A stretch of DNA of 48,653 nucleotides, taken from Candidatus Hermodarchaeota archaeon (lineage in GTDB: Archaea; Asgardarchaeota; Hermodarchaeia; Hermodarchaeales; Hermodarchaeaceae). Under the pieces are notes generated by a model. It worked only from the letters and a program-made list of their open reading frames with translations. It had not been told where the DNA came from and did not search any database. The DNA lies in contig JAEOTB010000027.1 of assembly GCA_016840065.1 (NCBI GenBank), positions 1 to 48,653 of the forward strand, read 5' to 3'. Below are positions 30,969-40,801 of the stretch, in pieces; positions within the stretch are counted from its first letter, which is position 1; each line of letters begins with the position of its first letter. Both the position numbers and the translations under genes were made by a program.

Positions 30969-31781
30969 CTAACGAGCTCTTGATGGAGAGTAGAATATGT
31001 GTATTGCTTCAACGACGAGTGTCAACCCGAGGATGATATGTATTGGGAGAAAGAACGAAACTGGATACACAAGTGTTTCTGTGGCCCAGAGATAGAGACC
31101 CATTGTTGTCGGGGCAACCAAGATGAAGAGGAAACTAAAGAATATTGGTAGTTTACGTCTGCGAAAACTAGCTTGACGCTTCTGCGTTTCCACCCAGAGT
31201 ACACCAAAAACACCCACGATGAGTGCTGCGACTCCTAGAATTAAGGGTGATATCGTCCGAAGAGGAACTATTGCCAAGAGATTATCAATTTCCCAAATTA
31301 CAAGAAATGCGCCCCACGCAATAGCGAATATTGCTGTAATCTTGTAGAGAATAGGCATTATGGTTTTTCCTTCTAACTTGTAACTACTAGGAACCGCTAT
31401 ACGCCGCACAAGTATTGCTTCAGCGATGATGATAGCGCTCAATAAAAACATGCCAACCGAACGTGTAGGAATCAGAAATATCGGGTGATTGAGAACCATG
31501 TCAGGAAAAATCATGAAGAGAAATCCAAGATGAAAAGCCAATACGCCAATCCCAAAGAGAAGCGCCCAACCTACAAATTGGCTGTCGATTTTCGCTACTT
31601 CGTCGAAGCAGAGAACGCCCACACCGATAACTGTAGCTGCGATTACAGTGTACAACATATAATCAGGGTTTGCTAGAGGGAATGTCAGATATCTCCAAAG
31701 GCGCCATAATCCAAACGCGAAGGCTAGAATTGCTGTGGCCTGTAGACTGCGAGATAATGTAGAAGTAGATTGTTTTGTCAT
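30969..31781 (-). CDS. Hypothetical membrane protein, about 8 TMs with internal duplication
   Basis: Eight hydrophobic segments; halves begin LQATAILAFAFG and LYKITAIFAIAWG. ATG 31781 follows GTGGTG. Confidence 0.65.
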   Translation of the reverse strand: MTKQSTSTLSRSLQATAILAFAFGLWRLWRYLTFPLANPDYMLYTVIAATVIGVGVLCFDEVAKIDSQFVGWALLFGIGVLAFHLGFLFMIFPDMVLNHPIFLIPTRSVGMFLLSAIIIAEAILVRRIAVPSSYKLEGKTIMPILYKITAIFAIAWGAFLVIWEIDNLLAIVPLRTISPLILGVAALIVGVFGVLWVETQKRQASFRRRKLPIFFSFLFILVAPTTMGLYLWATETLVYPVSFFLPIHIILGLTLVVEAIHIFYSPSRAR

Positions 31782-31911
31782 TACGAACACCACTCGTGCG
31801 ATAGACATGTTGACATTTTTCTTCATAAATCCAGAGCAAGTACACAAGTGAAGGTCTTTCTTATCTAGCTATCGAGCAATAAAATGTTACTGGAAGGCTA
31901 AATAGAAGATT

Positions 31912-33567
31912 CTACGATGCCCACTTTGCAGAAATCTCAAGTTCAAAACCCGCACAAGGTGCTTCAATGCCGAAATTTGCGAGAACTACTGGATGAACCT
32001 CGCCAATAATACCGACCCGTCGACCAGCAATTTGAAGGGCTCCAACACGCCCAACAATGAAAGAGGAGTTAGTGATTGGAGTAACTTCTGCGGTAAGTCC
32101 AAGATTTTGGAGAAATGAAAACAATTCAGTCTTCATCTTTGTAATATCGACTCTAGAATCTACTAGTACCGCAGCAAGATGAGGAATAGTCTCAGTTTGT
32201 GTCTCAGCCTTAGAATTAACAATCACAACATCTCCTGCTTCGAATACCCGTTGAGGTAATTCCTGTGCCGAATTTTCCCCAAGAAAGGATAGTAATCCAG
32301 GTAATAGCCTGTCTCGTGTCACATGATATTCTGTTGACTTGGGGTTTGAGATTTCGACGATTTTATTTGGTTGGCAATTCATTTTTTCGAAGAGCGTTCT
32401 TGTATTCGTTAGGACGTATGTCCAGATTTCTTGATATCCAAGCCCCACCATAAGATCACGAATAGTCCGACGGAGAGTAGTAATTGGGAGTTCTCTACCA
32501 ATAGTCATTGTGCTGGGCAGTGTCGGTTCAAATCGATCAAAGCCATATCCAATCGCAACATCCTCAACGATGTCAATATCATGAAGTATATCAACGCGAT
32601 ACCGAGGAATAACTACACGCAAATTATCTCCACGAGCTGTGCAGTTCATACGCATACGTGCTAAACAGTGTGCCACTGTCGACACATCTAATTGGTAACC
32701 GAGGATTTTATTGATGTAGGTGAGAGATACCGAACGTTGTAGAGGCGAGAGATTAGGGAGTCGTTCAACGCTCTGTGGATAAACAGTTTCCACCGCTGTA
32801 ATTTGACCTCCTCGTTCTGCCAACGCGGCAATCATTATATTCAAGGCGTGAATGGTTGTAGGTTTGTGTGTTCCAGTGACCTCTACAAAGAGGTTCCTTG
32901 TAGTATCCACAATTCGTCCTAGACCATTACTATTGATAACAGGAGGAAGGCTTAACACCTGGTCTTCTGCGTCGATTAGAACCGGGTACTTTGAATAGCC
33001 TTCAATAATTGAACCAAATTCTTGTCCCTTGGGATGGATGCGCAGAATTTGTTTGGCTGTCATCACCTCTTTGCTTTCGAGAGGGATAAATCGAATAGAA
33101 TCCGGTGATGCTGTGCGGTAATAGATAGGAGGTTTGATGAGATCTAGTGCATAGAGACCAATGCTAGCCTTCTTTCGGTTGCGACCGTATGTGCTTGTCA
33201 ACCTTTCTTGGAATTGCATATATTCAGCTATCAAATCAGAGGTTAGCTTCACTCCTCGCACAATACCACAAGCAAGATAGGGACGCACTTTTGCTACAGA
33301 GGAATCCACAATAGCTTGCCACTTGGAGGGACGGACACGATACTTAGGCGCCCCCATCTCGATTTCGAGGAAGCCGCGGAGAGCACGAGCTATGCCTTCT
33401 GTTGAGAGCATATCAACCCGATCAGGGTTGACTTCTATTGTTGCGATATCATCATCAACGCGCTCCAACTCACACTTCAAAAGAAACAAATTTTCTTCAA
33501 GCTCTTCGAGGGTTAGTTTTCTACCGATTAAATCGAGTAGGTCAGAGACACGAACATCAACAATCAT
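31912..33567 (-). CDS. pheT: Phenylalanyl-tRNA synthetase beta subunit (archaeal type)
   Basis: NPDRVDMLSTEGIARAL, VRPY, SLPPVINS, RVDILHDIDIVEDVAIGYG, GEVHP. Confidence 0.95.
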   Translation of the reverse strand: MIVDVRVSDLLDLIGRKLTLEELEENLFLLKCELERVDDDIATIEVNPDRVDMLSTEGIARALRGFLEIEMGAPKYRVRPSKWQAIVDSSVAKVRPYLACGIVRGVKLTSDLIAEYMQFQERLTSTYGRNRKKASIGLYALDLIKPPIYYRTASPDSIRFIPLESKEVMTAKQILRIHPKGQEFGSIIEGYSKYPVLIDAEDQVLSLPPVINSNGLGRIVDTTRNLFVEVTGTHKPTTIHALNIMIAALAERGGQITAVETVYPQSVERLPNLSPLQRSVSLTYINKILGYQLDVSTVAHCLARMRMNCTARGDNLRVVIPRYRVDILHDIDIVEDVAIGYGFDRFEPTLPSTMTIGRELPITTLRRTIRDLMVGLGYQEIWTYVLTNTRTLFEKMNCQPNKIVEISNPKSTEYHVTRDRLLPGLLSFLGENSAQELPQRVFEAGDVVIVNSKAETQTETIPHLAAVLVDSRVDITKMKTELFSFLQNLGLTAEVTPITNSSFIVGRVGALQIAGRRVGIIGEVHPVVLANFGIEAPCAGFELEISAKWAS

Positions 33568-33588
33568 TCAATAAATCACCATTTTACA

Positions 33589-35103
33589 CTATGACCGGAG
33601 AGAGGCATGACGAAGGCGTTCAAGATTTCGGGTGGCTAATTCCCGGATGTCATCGATTTTCAGAGCAGCCATTGCAAGACGGTCAAGACCGATTCCCCAA
33701 GCGAGAACCGGGAAGTCTATACCAAGAGGACGCGTAACTTCAGGACGGAATATTCCACCAGGGAGCGCTTCAACCCACCCTCGTCCTTCCATGTGAATGA
33801 AGCCTTCAACTGAGGGCTCGGTGAAGGGGAAGAATCCGGGTTTGAATTTAATTTTCGGGATGCCCACACTTCTGGCAATCGTTTCAAGGTATCCCATTAA
33901 ATCCCGCAAAGTAAGCCCTTCACCGCCAATGATGCCCTCACATTGGAGGAATTCCGCGGAATGGGTAGCATCAAATTTCTCTGGGCGGAAGTTACGATCA
34001 ATACTAAACATACGAAGTGGTGCCTTTGGCCCTTTTGCGAGGTGTCGCACTGAGACGGCAGTTGTTTGGCTGCGAAGAACAAGGCGTCTGGCGATATCCT
34101 CGCTGTACTTGTACCCCCAACCTGAAGAGCCGGTAGTCCAGCCATCTTCGTGAGTCTTAGCGATTTGCTGGAGCAGTAACGGGTAGGCAATCTTTCCTGG
34201 CCCCTTTGGAGTCTTGATGTGATAGATGTCATGGACTTCACGGGCTACATGATCTTGGGGCATAAACAACGCATCACAATTCCAGAACTCTAGCTCCACG
34301 AGTGGTCCTTTTTCCTCTTGGAATCCTAAGCCAATTAAAGCTCTGTAAACACGATCTACAAATTCGACATAGGGATGTTTCTTGCCAGGAAAAATGCGAG
34401 GAACTGGCCCACTTAGATTGTAGGATCGAAACCGACCCCCCTCCCAGGAACCTGATTTTAGAATCTCTGGTGATAAATCACCTATTAGTCCTTCTTGAGA
34501 CTCAACGGTTTCAATGGCTTCACTACCTACCGAAGTAATACGGATCTGAGTAACTTCACGTTTTGACTGTGGAGTTGCTAGATTCCGACGAAGTAAATCC
34601 CTTCTTACTTCTTCAGTAGTTTCAGTAATTACACCACTAGAATCCATTGCGATACGAAGCGTGGTTTGGAGTGGATCTTTACTCGTTTCTATTTTTTCAG
34701 TGAGTACAAGGCGGGTTTTTCCTCCATCTTTGGAGATGGTTACCCATCCTTTCCGTCGTGCCCACCCAAGCGCAACACGAAGTTCACCCTCTTCGAAGCC
34801 GTGTTCTTTTTCTAAATCTTCTAGACAGCCTTTCCCGCGGCTGTCCTTGAGGATGGCGACTAGTCGTACCTCTGGAAGACCTCTGTCTGCGTATTTCTCG
34901 CCTTCAGGAGTTAACACTAATCTTTGCACAATTGCAGCCTTGCGGGTGATTAGCCCCTTTTGGTGGAGACTTTCTACAAGGCTGAGCACGGTTTCGGTTG
35001 TTATCTTCAATTCTCCTGCTATTTGATCAGGGAGTATTAGATTCGGAGAGTTATGCAAGACGGAGAGGACTTTTCGCTCATTTTCTGGAAGCCTGATACT
35101 CAT
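33589..35103 (-). CDS. pheS: Phenylalanyl-tRNA synthetase alpha subunit (archaeal/eukaryotic long type)
   Basis: GKKHPY, FWNCDALFMPQDHVARE, LRSQTTA, FRPEKFDATH, FPFTEPS, WGIGLDRLAM; N-terminal wHTH domains. Start may be 35133. Confidence 0.95.
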   Translation of the reverse strand: MSIRLPENERKVLSVLHNSPNLILPDQIAGELKITTETVLSLVESLHQKGLITRKAAIVQRLVLTPEGEKYADRGLPEVRLVAILKDSRGKGCLEDLEKEHGFEEGELRVALGWARRKGWVTISKDGGKTRLVLTEKIETSKDPLQTTLRIAMDSSGVITETTEEVRRDLLRRNLATPQSKREVTQIRITSVGSEAIETVESQEGLIGDLSPEILKSGSWEGGRFRSYNLSGPVPRIFPGKKHPYVEFVDRVYRALIGLGFQEEKGPLVELEFWNCDALFMPQDHVAREVHDIYHIKTPKGPGKIAYPLLLQQIAKTHEDGWTTGSSGWGYKYSEDIARRLVLRSQTTAVSVRHLAKGPKAPLRMFSIDRNFRPEKFDATHSAEFLQCEGIIGGEGLTLRDLMGYLETIARSVGIPKIKFKPGFFPFTEPSVEGFIHMEGRGWVEALPGGIFRPEVTRPLGIDFPVLAWGIGLDRLAMAALKIDDIRELATRNLERLRHASLRS

Positions 35104-35276
35104 TTCACTGTCTCCTAATGTTTTCTGCAACATCCACAGAGGTCAATGGGTAGATTGGGGTGAGATAGGAAAAATAAGTGTTGGTTAAAGCCCAAGAAAT
35201 TCCACGGCATCAAGCCTACCTGTTCATTGACTGGGGCAACCAGAGCCTTGTACCTTTATTTAAATCTGACCTCAGA

Positions 35277-36572
35277 TTATTCAGGTAGTGCTTTCAAAAT
35301 CTTGCCGTAGGGTATTTCGTATCTGCGACCCTTTCTAGTGTAGAAAATTGTGGCGTAGGGGGATTTTGTGAAATAACGTTGATACTTCTTATCCACCAAT
35401 AGGATCAAATCTTTTAATCCGTGATTTTGTAGCACCTGCAGCTGCTCTAACTTCTTTCGCGTGTACTCCTCTCGCCAATATCCTACAATCTCCACAAGCA
35501 CTTTATGGTCGCCTTTAATAAGGGCGAAATCGGGGATTATCATTCTTGTCCCAATTATGATTGCGTCAGGTTCACGTATGATATCCCAACCACGGTACTT
35601 GTTACTGTGCCAACTCCAGTAAAACTGTTCTTCCACCTTAGAATCCAGGAAGGCTTCATCTTCACGTCCTTCATCTTGGGGAAGGAATGAGGGCGCGGTA
35701 TCTGATGCGAGACGCACCATATAATGACGGTCACGCAGCACCAAATTAATAGTGAAGTCAACAACCTGGGTGTCCAGTGCCCCCGCATCCTTCAACAGGT
35801 TTGTTATGACTTGGGCAATATTCCACCCGAATGGTGAAGAGCGTCCGAAGAAAAGACGAGGACCAGCTATGTTTGCGCGTAGCCCTTCACTAGTTTGTTC
35901 TAAATCAACGAGAACGCCAAAACGTTTGGTAAGACGGAGTAGTGTTCTAGCAGCTGTACCTAGACTTCCCTGTGATAGTGTTATGGATACTGATTCGCTA
36001 TGATAAAGGAGCGTTTCTAGAACTTCGTAATTATATGCATGGAGAAATTCTTGTATCGAGGGGCTGCTGTCTCTATGTTGTAGGATCATGTATTCTTCGC
36101 GATGGACTACAAGCAAATGTTTCAGTATTTCAGGTGAGGATAAGCACTGTTCTTGAGTAAAAAGAGCATAAGCTGACGTACGTTCAGAACGGGGTATGAA
36201 TCCGTTATACTTCTCTTCGACGAAGCGCCAAAACTTGTACCGTACCTCCTCAAGATTGGTGATTCCCAGTTTGTGGAGTTCTGCTAACTCTTCCTCCGTG
36301 ATAAAATCTTCGAGCTTCCTGGGAATGAAAATATAGAAGCGAGACAAGGCAGTAGCAACTAATGCTCTGGCTACGCGAATATCTGGCACCCAAGTTACAG
36401 GTGTTTCTAAATCGACCTCACAACGCGGCTTACCAATGAAGGATTCTAAATGCTCAAGAATCCGAGCAGAAATGTCCCTGTCATCTTCTCTGTCTAAGAA
36501 ATAGGGTTCTAACTGCCCTCCCGGGATTACACGATATTTCAGATATTGTAATCTCAAGACCATTTTATTCAA
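35277..36572 (-). CDS. bax1: DUF790 / Bax1 family PD-(D/E)XK endonuclease
   Basis: YNYEVLETLL, GPRLFFG, DSKVEEQF, WDIIREP, IPDF, VEIVGYWREEYTRKKL. Confidence 0.85.
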   Translation of the reverse strand: MNKMVLRLQYLKYRVIPGGQLEPYFLDREDDRDISARILEHLESFIGKPRCEVDLETPVTWVPDIRVARALVATALSRFYIFIPRKLEDFITEEELAELHKLGITNLEEVRYKFWRFVEEKYNGFIPRSERTSAYALFTQEQCLSSPEILKHLLVVHREEYMILQHRDSSPSIQEFLHAYNYEVLETLLYHSESVSITLSQGSLGTAARTLLRLTKRFGVLVDLEQTSEGLRANIAGPRLFFGRSSPFGWNIAQVITNLLKDAGALDTQVVDFTINLVLRDRHYMVRLASDTAPSFLPQDEGREDEAFLDSKVEEQFYWSWHSNKYRGWDIIREPDAIIIGTRMIIPDFALIKGDHKVLVEIVGYWREEYTRKKLEQLQVLQNHGLKDLILLVDKKYQRYFTKSPYATIFYTRKGRRYEIPYGKILKALPE

Positions 36573-36586
36573 CAGATTATTTCTTA

Positions 36587-38476
36587 TTATGATGGTGATG
36601 GGGGGTCATCAAGTAAAGAGCCTAGCTTCAGTAGACGGAAGCCTTGACCGCCTCGAATGTAAAGTCTGCTTCTCCCCTTTGGATCCGCATGAACAAGGAC
36701 CAGGATGTGATACTGATCTTTTAGGGCGCGAGGTGGTTTTGTGATTTTAAATTTCCCTTCTCCTAACCTTACCTGTTCTCCTCTCTTTGCTTTCTCCTCA
36801 GGTGATACCCCTTGAATTATAAGCCCAGCATTCCATTCCAACTTCCAGCTACGACAAATGAGAACACTTTCTTGGGCTGATTGGTTATCAACACGGTCTA
36901 TTACCGTCATCCAATCACGGAGATCAGGATGGATTTCTGTGACTGGTAAACTGGTCTCTGAGTAATGTTCAGTCTTAGGAGCTGGCGGTGAGGCTATCTC
37001 ATGTTGGAACCGCTCCACAATTGATGAGACCTGTTCATCTGTTTGAACCCACCCTCTTATCTGCTCAAGTAGAGTAACAAACTCTTCTTTCCGTTTTAGT
37101 TTTTCAGCGTAATATAAGAGAGTCATCCGCCGCAATGTCGGCTCATATTGTGTAAATAGATTGAAGTGCTTAGTTAGATGAATAACTTGGTTGAGAAGAC
37201 GCCAGGCTTCTTCAAATCGACGAAACATGAAGTAGAGAGAAGCCAAATCTACTAAGTAGCGAATGACCTCTTCTGCATCTTCAGGAGAAGTGATTTGAGG
37301 AAATTTCGTTGCAGTAACCTCACCTCTAATCACAAGTAGGGCTAGATATAAGGCGTGAGCAGTAGCCTGCTCCCTAGTAAACCCCCACTCCTTACACTTA
37401 CGTGAGAACATAGTGAAGTACATTGTAGCAGAATCAAAATCCTCAATGATTAGATTGATTGTAATTCGTAGTAGGTGTGTCATCACCATTAAGCGGCGGA
37501 ATGCTCTTGCCGCTGGCCGACTGTTGAGAAGAATCCTATTACATTCTTCGATTGCTCTCTTTGCCTCAAGGAGGTTTTCCGGATCTCCAAGATATAGGTT
37601 ACAGAGTGCCATTAAATAATTGATAAGAACTAGATCAGGTGTAATTTGTCTTATTAGTTTCCTATGAGCGTCACCCGCTAACTCCCATGCTAGAATCACT
37701 AGATGATTATAAAGTTCTTCGCGGGCCACTACGATTTCCTCTAGGATAGCATTGTAATTCTGGGTTTGGATCATTTGTACAAAAACCGGATAACGACGCC
37801 TTAACTCTTGAAGAAAGATACGCAAACCAAGCGCTTCTTGAGCAGACATACCTACTAAATCTTCTTCCGCAATTCTCGGTCCTCGGAGTGAACGTAGGAT
37901 ATGAAATGCTTGGCTTTCAATTAATTGAATTCTAGTTGCGGGATCATACGCACTGCTTCGCGTTAAACTGTACTTGATTTCCGTTTGCAAGACACGATAC
38001 CTCAGCTCCTCAAGGAAGGCTGCCTCCTCATCGTTTTCAAGGCTGAGTTCCAATAGGGTTAACAAGAACGCACTGCCCATTAGACCTTCAATGTGAGGCT
38101 CAAGACTCTGAAGGCTTTGTAAAAGATAGAAATCTGAACTCACTAGCCTCCTTTTACCCAATTTCTTTAACACAAGAAGCAGAGAAAGATCGGGTGCTTG
38201 GGGAATCCTCTCCATCATCGTCTTTGCCTTGATTATATAGGCCTGAAGTTCCTCCTTCGACACGTTTACTACTTCGACAACATTCTGAACCTCACGCCGG
38301 AGATTCCACCGCAGCTCTTTAAGAACTTGCGGCGATGTAAACAATCGAAAGGACAACCGGTCAATAATCTGCTTAAACTTGGATATTTTTTCAGGATTCT
38401 GAGCAAAAGCCAAAATGAAGAAATTTGCATCGACTGCAACCCAAGAGAATTGAGTTCCAGTCTCTGACACCAACAT
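36587..38476 (-). CDS. PIN-domain protein with TPR-like helical repeats and C-terminal beta-rich domain
   Basis: VDANFFI, SPQVLKEL, PDLSLL, LVSSD give four PIN acidic residues; long helical middle; AAGGAG SD; ends 14 nt before bax1. Confidence 0.7.
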   Translation of the reverse strand: MLVSETGTQFSWVAVDANFFILAFAQNPEKISKFKQIIDRLSFRLFTSPQVLKELRWNLRREVQNVVEVVNVSKEELQAYIIKAKTMMERIPQAPDLSLLLVLKKLGKRRLVSSDFYLLQSLQSLEPHIEGLMGSAFLLTLLELSLENDEEAAFLEELRYRVLQTEIKYSLTRSSAYDPATRIQLIESQAFHILRSLRGPRIAEEDLVGMSAQEALGLRIFLQELRRRYPVFVQMIQTQNYNAILEEIVVAREELYNHLVILAWELAGDAHRKLIRQITPDLVLINYLMALCNLYLGDPENLLEAKRAIEECNRILLNSRPAARAFRRLMVMTHLLRITINLIIEDFDSATMYFTMFSRKCKEWGFTREQATAHALYLALLVIRGEVTATKFPQITSPEDAEEVIRYLVDLASLYFMFRRFEEAWRLLNQVIHLTKHFNLFTQYEPTLRRMTLLYYAEKLKRKEEFVTLLEQIRGWVQTDEQVSSIVERFQHEIASPPAPKTEHYSETSLPVTEIHPDLRDWMTVIDRVDNQSAQESVLICRSWKLEWNAGLIIQGVSPEEKAKRGEQVRLGEGKFKITKPPRALKDQYHILVLVHADPKGRSRLYIRGGQGFRLLKLGSLLDDPPSPS

Positions 38477-38591
38477 CTTCTCCTTTATCTTGTTTTTTAA
38501 AGGGGTTTAGGGTTCCTATTGATATTCTTTTAGTTACGAAGAAATAAATAACCTAATTTGTATTAGGTTCTAGACATTAAATGGTGATGTT

Positions 38592-38948
38592 ATGGTACGC
38601 CCAGCACTTTACGGTGGAATAATGGTCGCAGCTGCCTTTTGGGTAGAAGTCTTCGCAGTCGCCATCCTTGCAGGAGGCTATTATTGGATAGCAGTAATTC
38701 CTGCGCTTTTCATAATTGCAGGACTTTTCGTTGCGGGAGCAACCAAAGAACAAGCAGAATTCTGGGAGCTAGCAGGTGGCGGGATTTGTATTGGAGGAGC
38801 AGTTGGCGCAGTAGGCTGGCTTTGGCTCGTCATTGGTCCACTTAATGGTTTAGATTTGAGAAATGGGTCGATTGCCTCACTCGCTGCAGGGTTTCTGTTT
38901 CTAATTGGACTAGTATTCATACTAGGTGGGGACGATAAGAGCTACTAA
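38592..38948 (+). CDS. Small 4-TM membrane protein
   Basis: GGTGA SD before ATG; four hydrophobic, Gly-rich segments. Confidence 0.65.
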   Translation: MVRPALYGGIMVAAAFWVEVFAVAILAGGYYWIAVIPALFIIAGLFVAGATKEQAEFWELAGGGICIGGAVGAVGWLWLVIGPLNGLDLRNGSIASLAAGFLFLIGLVFILGGDDKSY

Positions 38949-39022
38949 TCCCTAAACAAATCTTTTGCGGAGAAAGCTTCCCAGTGGAGGACGACTCTCC
39001 CAAGCTAGTCTCAGATAGACTA

Positions 39023-40654
39023 TCAACGAGTCTTGTCTATTTGGCGGCGCCGGCGAGCTAATCCATCTTCTAATGTTGCTTTAGTTATTATTTCTACAAG
39101 TACAGCTTCTTCTTTCTGGGGGCGAAGAAGCCTGCCAAGACGTTGAATGAATTCCCGTTTACTACCTGAACCAGATATTATTATTCCTACAGAAGCGTCA
39201 GGAACATCGACGCCTTCATCGAGAACGTGCCCCGTTGTAATCTTCGTGAAATGCCCTTCCTTGAAAGCGCTGAGAATCGCCTGACGCTCAGCAGCCTTGG
39301 TTTTATGGGTGATTAATGGGATTCCGAATATATCCGATATTTTCTCCACGACACGTGTGTACCGGCAAAAAATAATCACTTTTTCTTCTCGATATTTGTG
39401 GAGGAGCTTTTCAACATAGTTGATTTTTTCAGAAGCTTCTAGGGCAATGCGGCGGGCCTTTTCAAGGTGAGAGAGTGCTCTCCGAGCATCTTGATCGAAG
39501 ATTGTACGCTCTACGATGGTTTCAAATTGCCATCCAGGTTCGATATCATCTAGTTTCTTTGTGTAAGAGCGAAATATTGCCATGTGTTCATCGTATTGAG
39601 TTTTTTCTTCTGGTGTGAGGTCGACTTGGATTGTTTCAATGCGGTAAGGAGATAGATAGCCATCCTGTTCTAGAAGTCGGGGGGATATTCGATAGACTAC
39701 TTGTCCCACTAGTTGATCAAGGTCACGATGAAGTTCATCATATCTTTCAGGAGTAGCAGATAATCCGAGGCGGTGGGGTGCAATAAACAGCTCTGCAGCA
39801 AGGCGATAAGTTGGGCTAGGGAGATGATGGACCTCATCGAAGATTAGAAGTCCGAAGAGTTCAGTGAGTTTGTGTGCCATGAGGGATGCGGAATCATACG
39901 TGGCAACAGTAATTGGGTTGACTATTTTAGAGCCCCCTCCCAAAATACCAACTTCTGGAACATGGAGACGGTTTTCCAGTTCCTCCCGCCATTGATTAAG
40001 GAGATCGATAGTGGGAACCACGATAAGCGTCTTTAGTCCTAGTCGGCGGATAGCTTCAAGGGCGAGTACTGTTTTTCCAGCACCAGTTGGTAGGACCACA
40101 ACTCCTCGCCCACTGGCACCGAGCCAGCGATTCAAGGCATCCTCTTGATATTTCCTTAACACGTAATCTAAATAAAGCGCCTCTTTGATTTCAAACGGTA
40201 GATCGAAAATTTCCTTTACATGTGAAATTATCGGATAGCCCTGTTTTTCGAGGAATTTTCGAATGATAAAGAAATTCATTGGACGAGCGTGGAAGATTCT
40301 ATCTTCGGCGTTGTAAATCAGTAGCGATTTGATACCAGAAAGTTGGAGGAAACCCGTTGGCTTCAAGATAAGGTCGCTTTTTTGTAGGTACAGTTCAGCG
40401 AATTTCGTTCCCTGCAACTGAAGGATTTCTTTCTGGAGATTTGGTGATAGCACCACTTCAAATTGTGCTAGTAGATGAATAAGGTCTCTTATAGGAAGTT
40501 TTGCTGCCTTTTGTAGGTCAAGCTTGAATGTTGTTATCTGATTATTGGAGGATGACTGAGTAAAATCTGCTATCTGACTCAGGCGTGCTAATAACGATTT
40601 GTTTGCCTCTTTTACTTCAAAGGTGATAGAGCCTTTGTCTAATGTTATCGTAAT
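39023..40654 (-). CDS. xpb: XPB/Rad25-family SF2 DNA helicase, probable ATT start with N-terminal extension
   Basis: LPTGAGKT, DEVHH, SATPERYD, LDEGVDVP, QRLGRLLR. Frame is open 66 codons upstream of 40456 to ATT, 7 nt after GGAGG. Confidence 0.88.
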   Translation of the reverse strand: MTITLDKGSITFEVKEANKSLLARLSQIADFTQSSSNNQITTFKLDLQKAAKLPIRDLIHLLAQFEVVLSPNLQKEILQLQGTKFAELYLQKSDLILKPTGFLQLSGIKSLLIYNAEDRIFHARPMNFFIIRKFLEKQGYPIISHVKEIFDLPFEIKEALYLDYVLRKYQEDALNRWLGASGRGVVVLPTGAGKTVLALEAIRRLGLKTLIVVPTIDLLNQWREELENRLHVPEVGILGGGSKIVNPITVATYDSASLMAHKLTELFGLLIFDEVHHLPSPTYRLAAELFIAPHRLGLSATPERYDELHRDLDQLVGQVVYRISPRLLEQDGYLSPYRIETIQVDLTPEEKTQYDEHMAIFRSYTKKLDDIEPGWQFETIVERTIFDQDARRALSHLEKARRIALEASEKINYVEKLLHKYREEKVIIFCRYTRVVEKISDIFGIPLITHKTKAAERQAILSAFKEGHFTKITTGHVLDEGVDVPDASVGIIISGSGSKREFIQRLGRLLRPQKEEAVLVEIITKATLEDGLARRRRQIDKTR

Positions 40655-40801
40655 TGGGAGTCCTCCAGGTCATCCTAATACAGCATAACTTTTCTTTTTT
40701 ATCGTCTTTGTTTATGTGGTATTTCCGTGAAGCTTGGATTTCGGAAAAGACTAAATGTGAGTAACTCAGCTGAGCTTATCTAGTAGCTGGAGGTGTACAT
40801 G

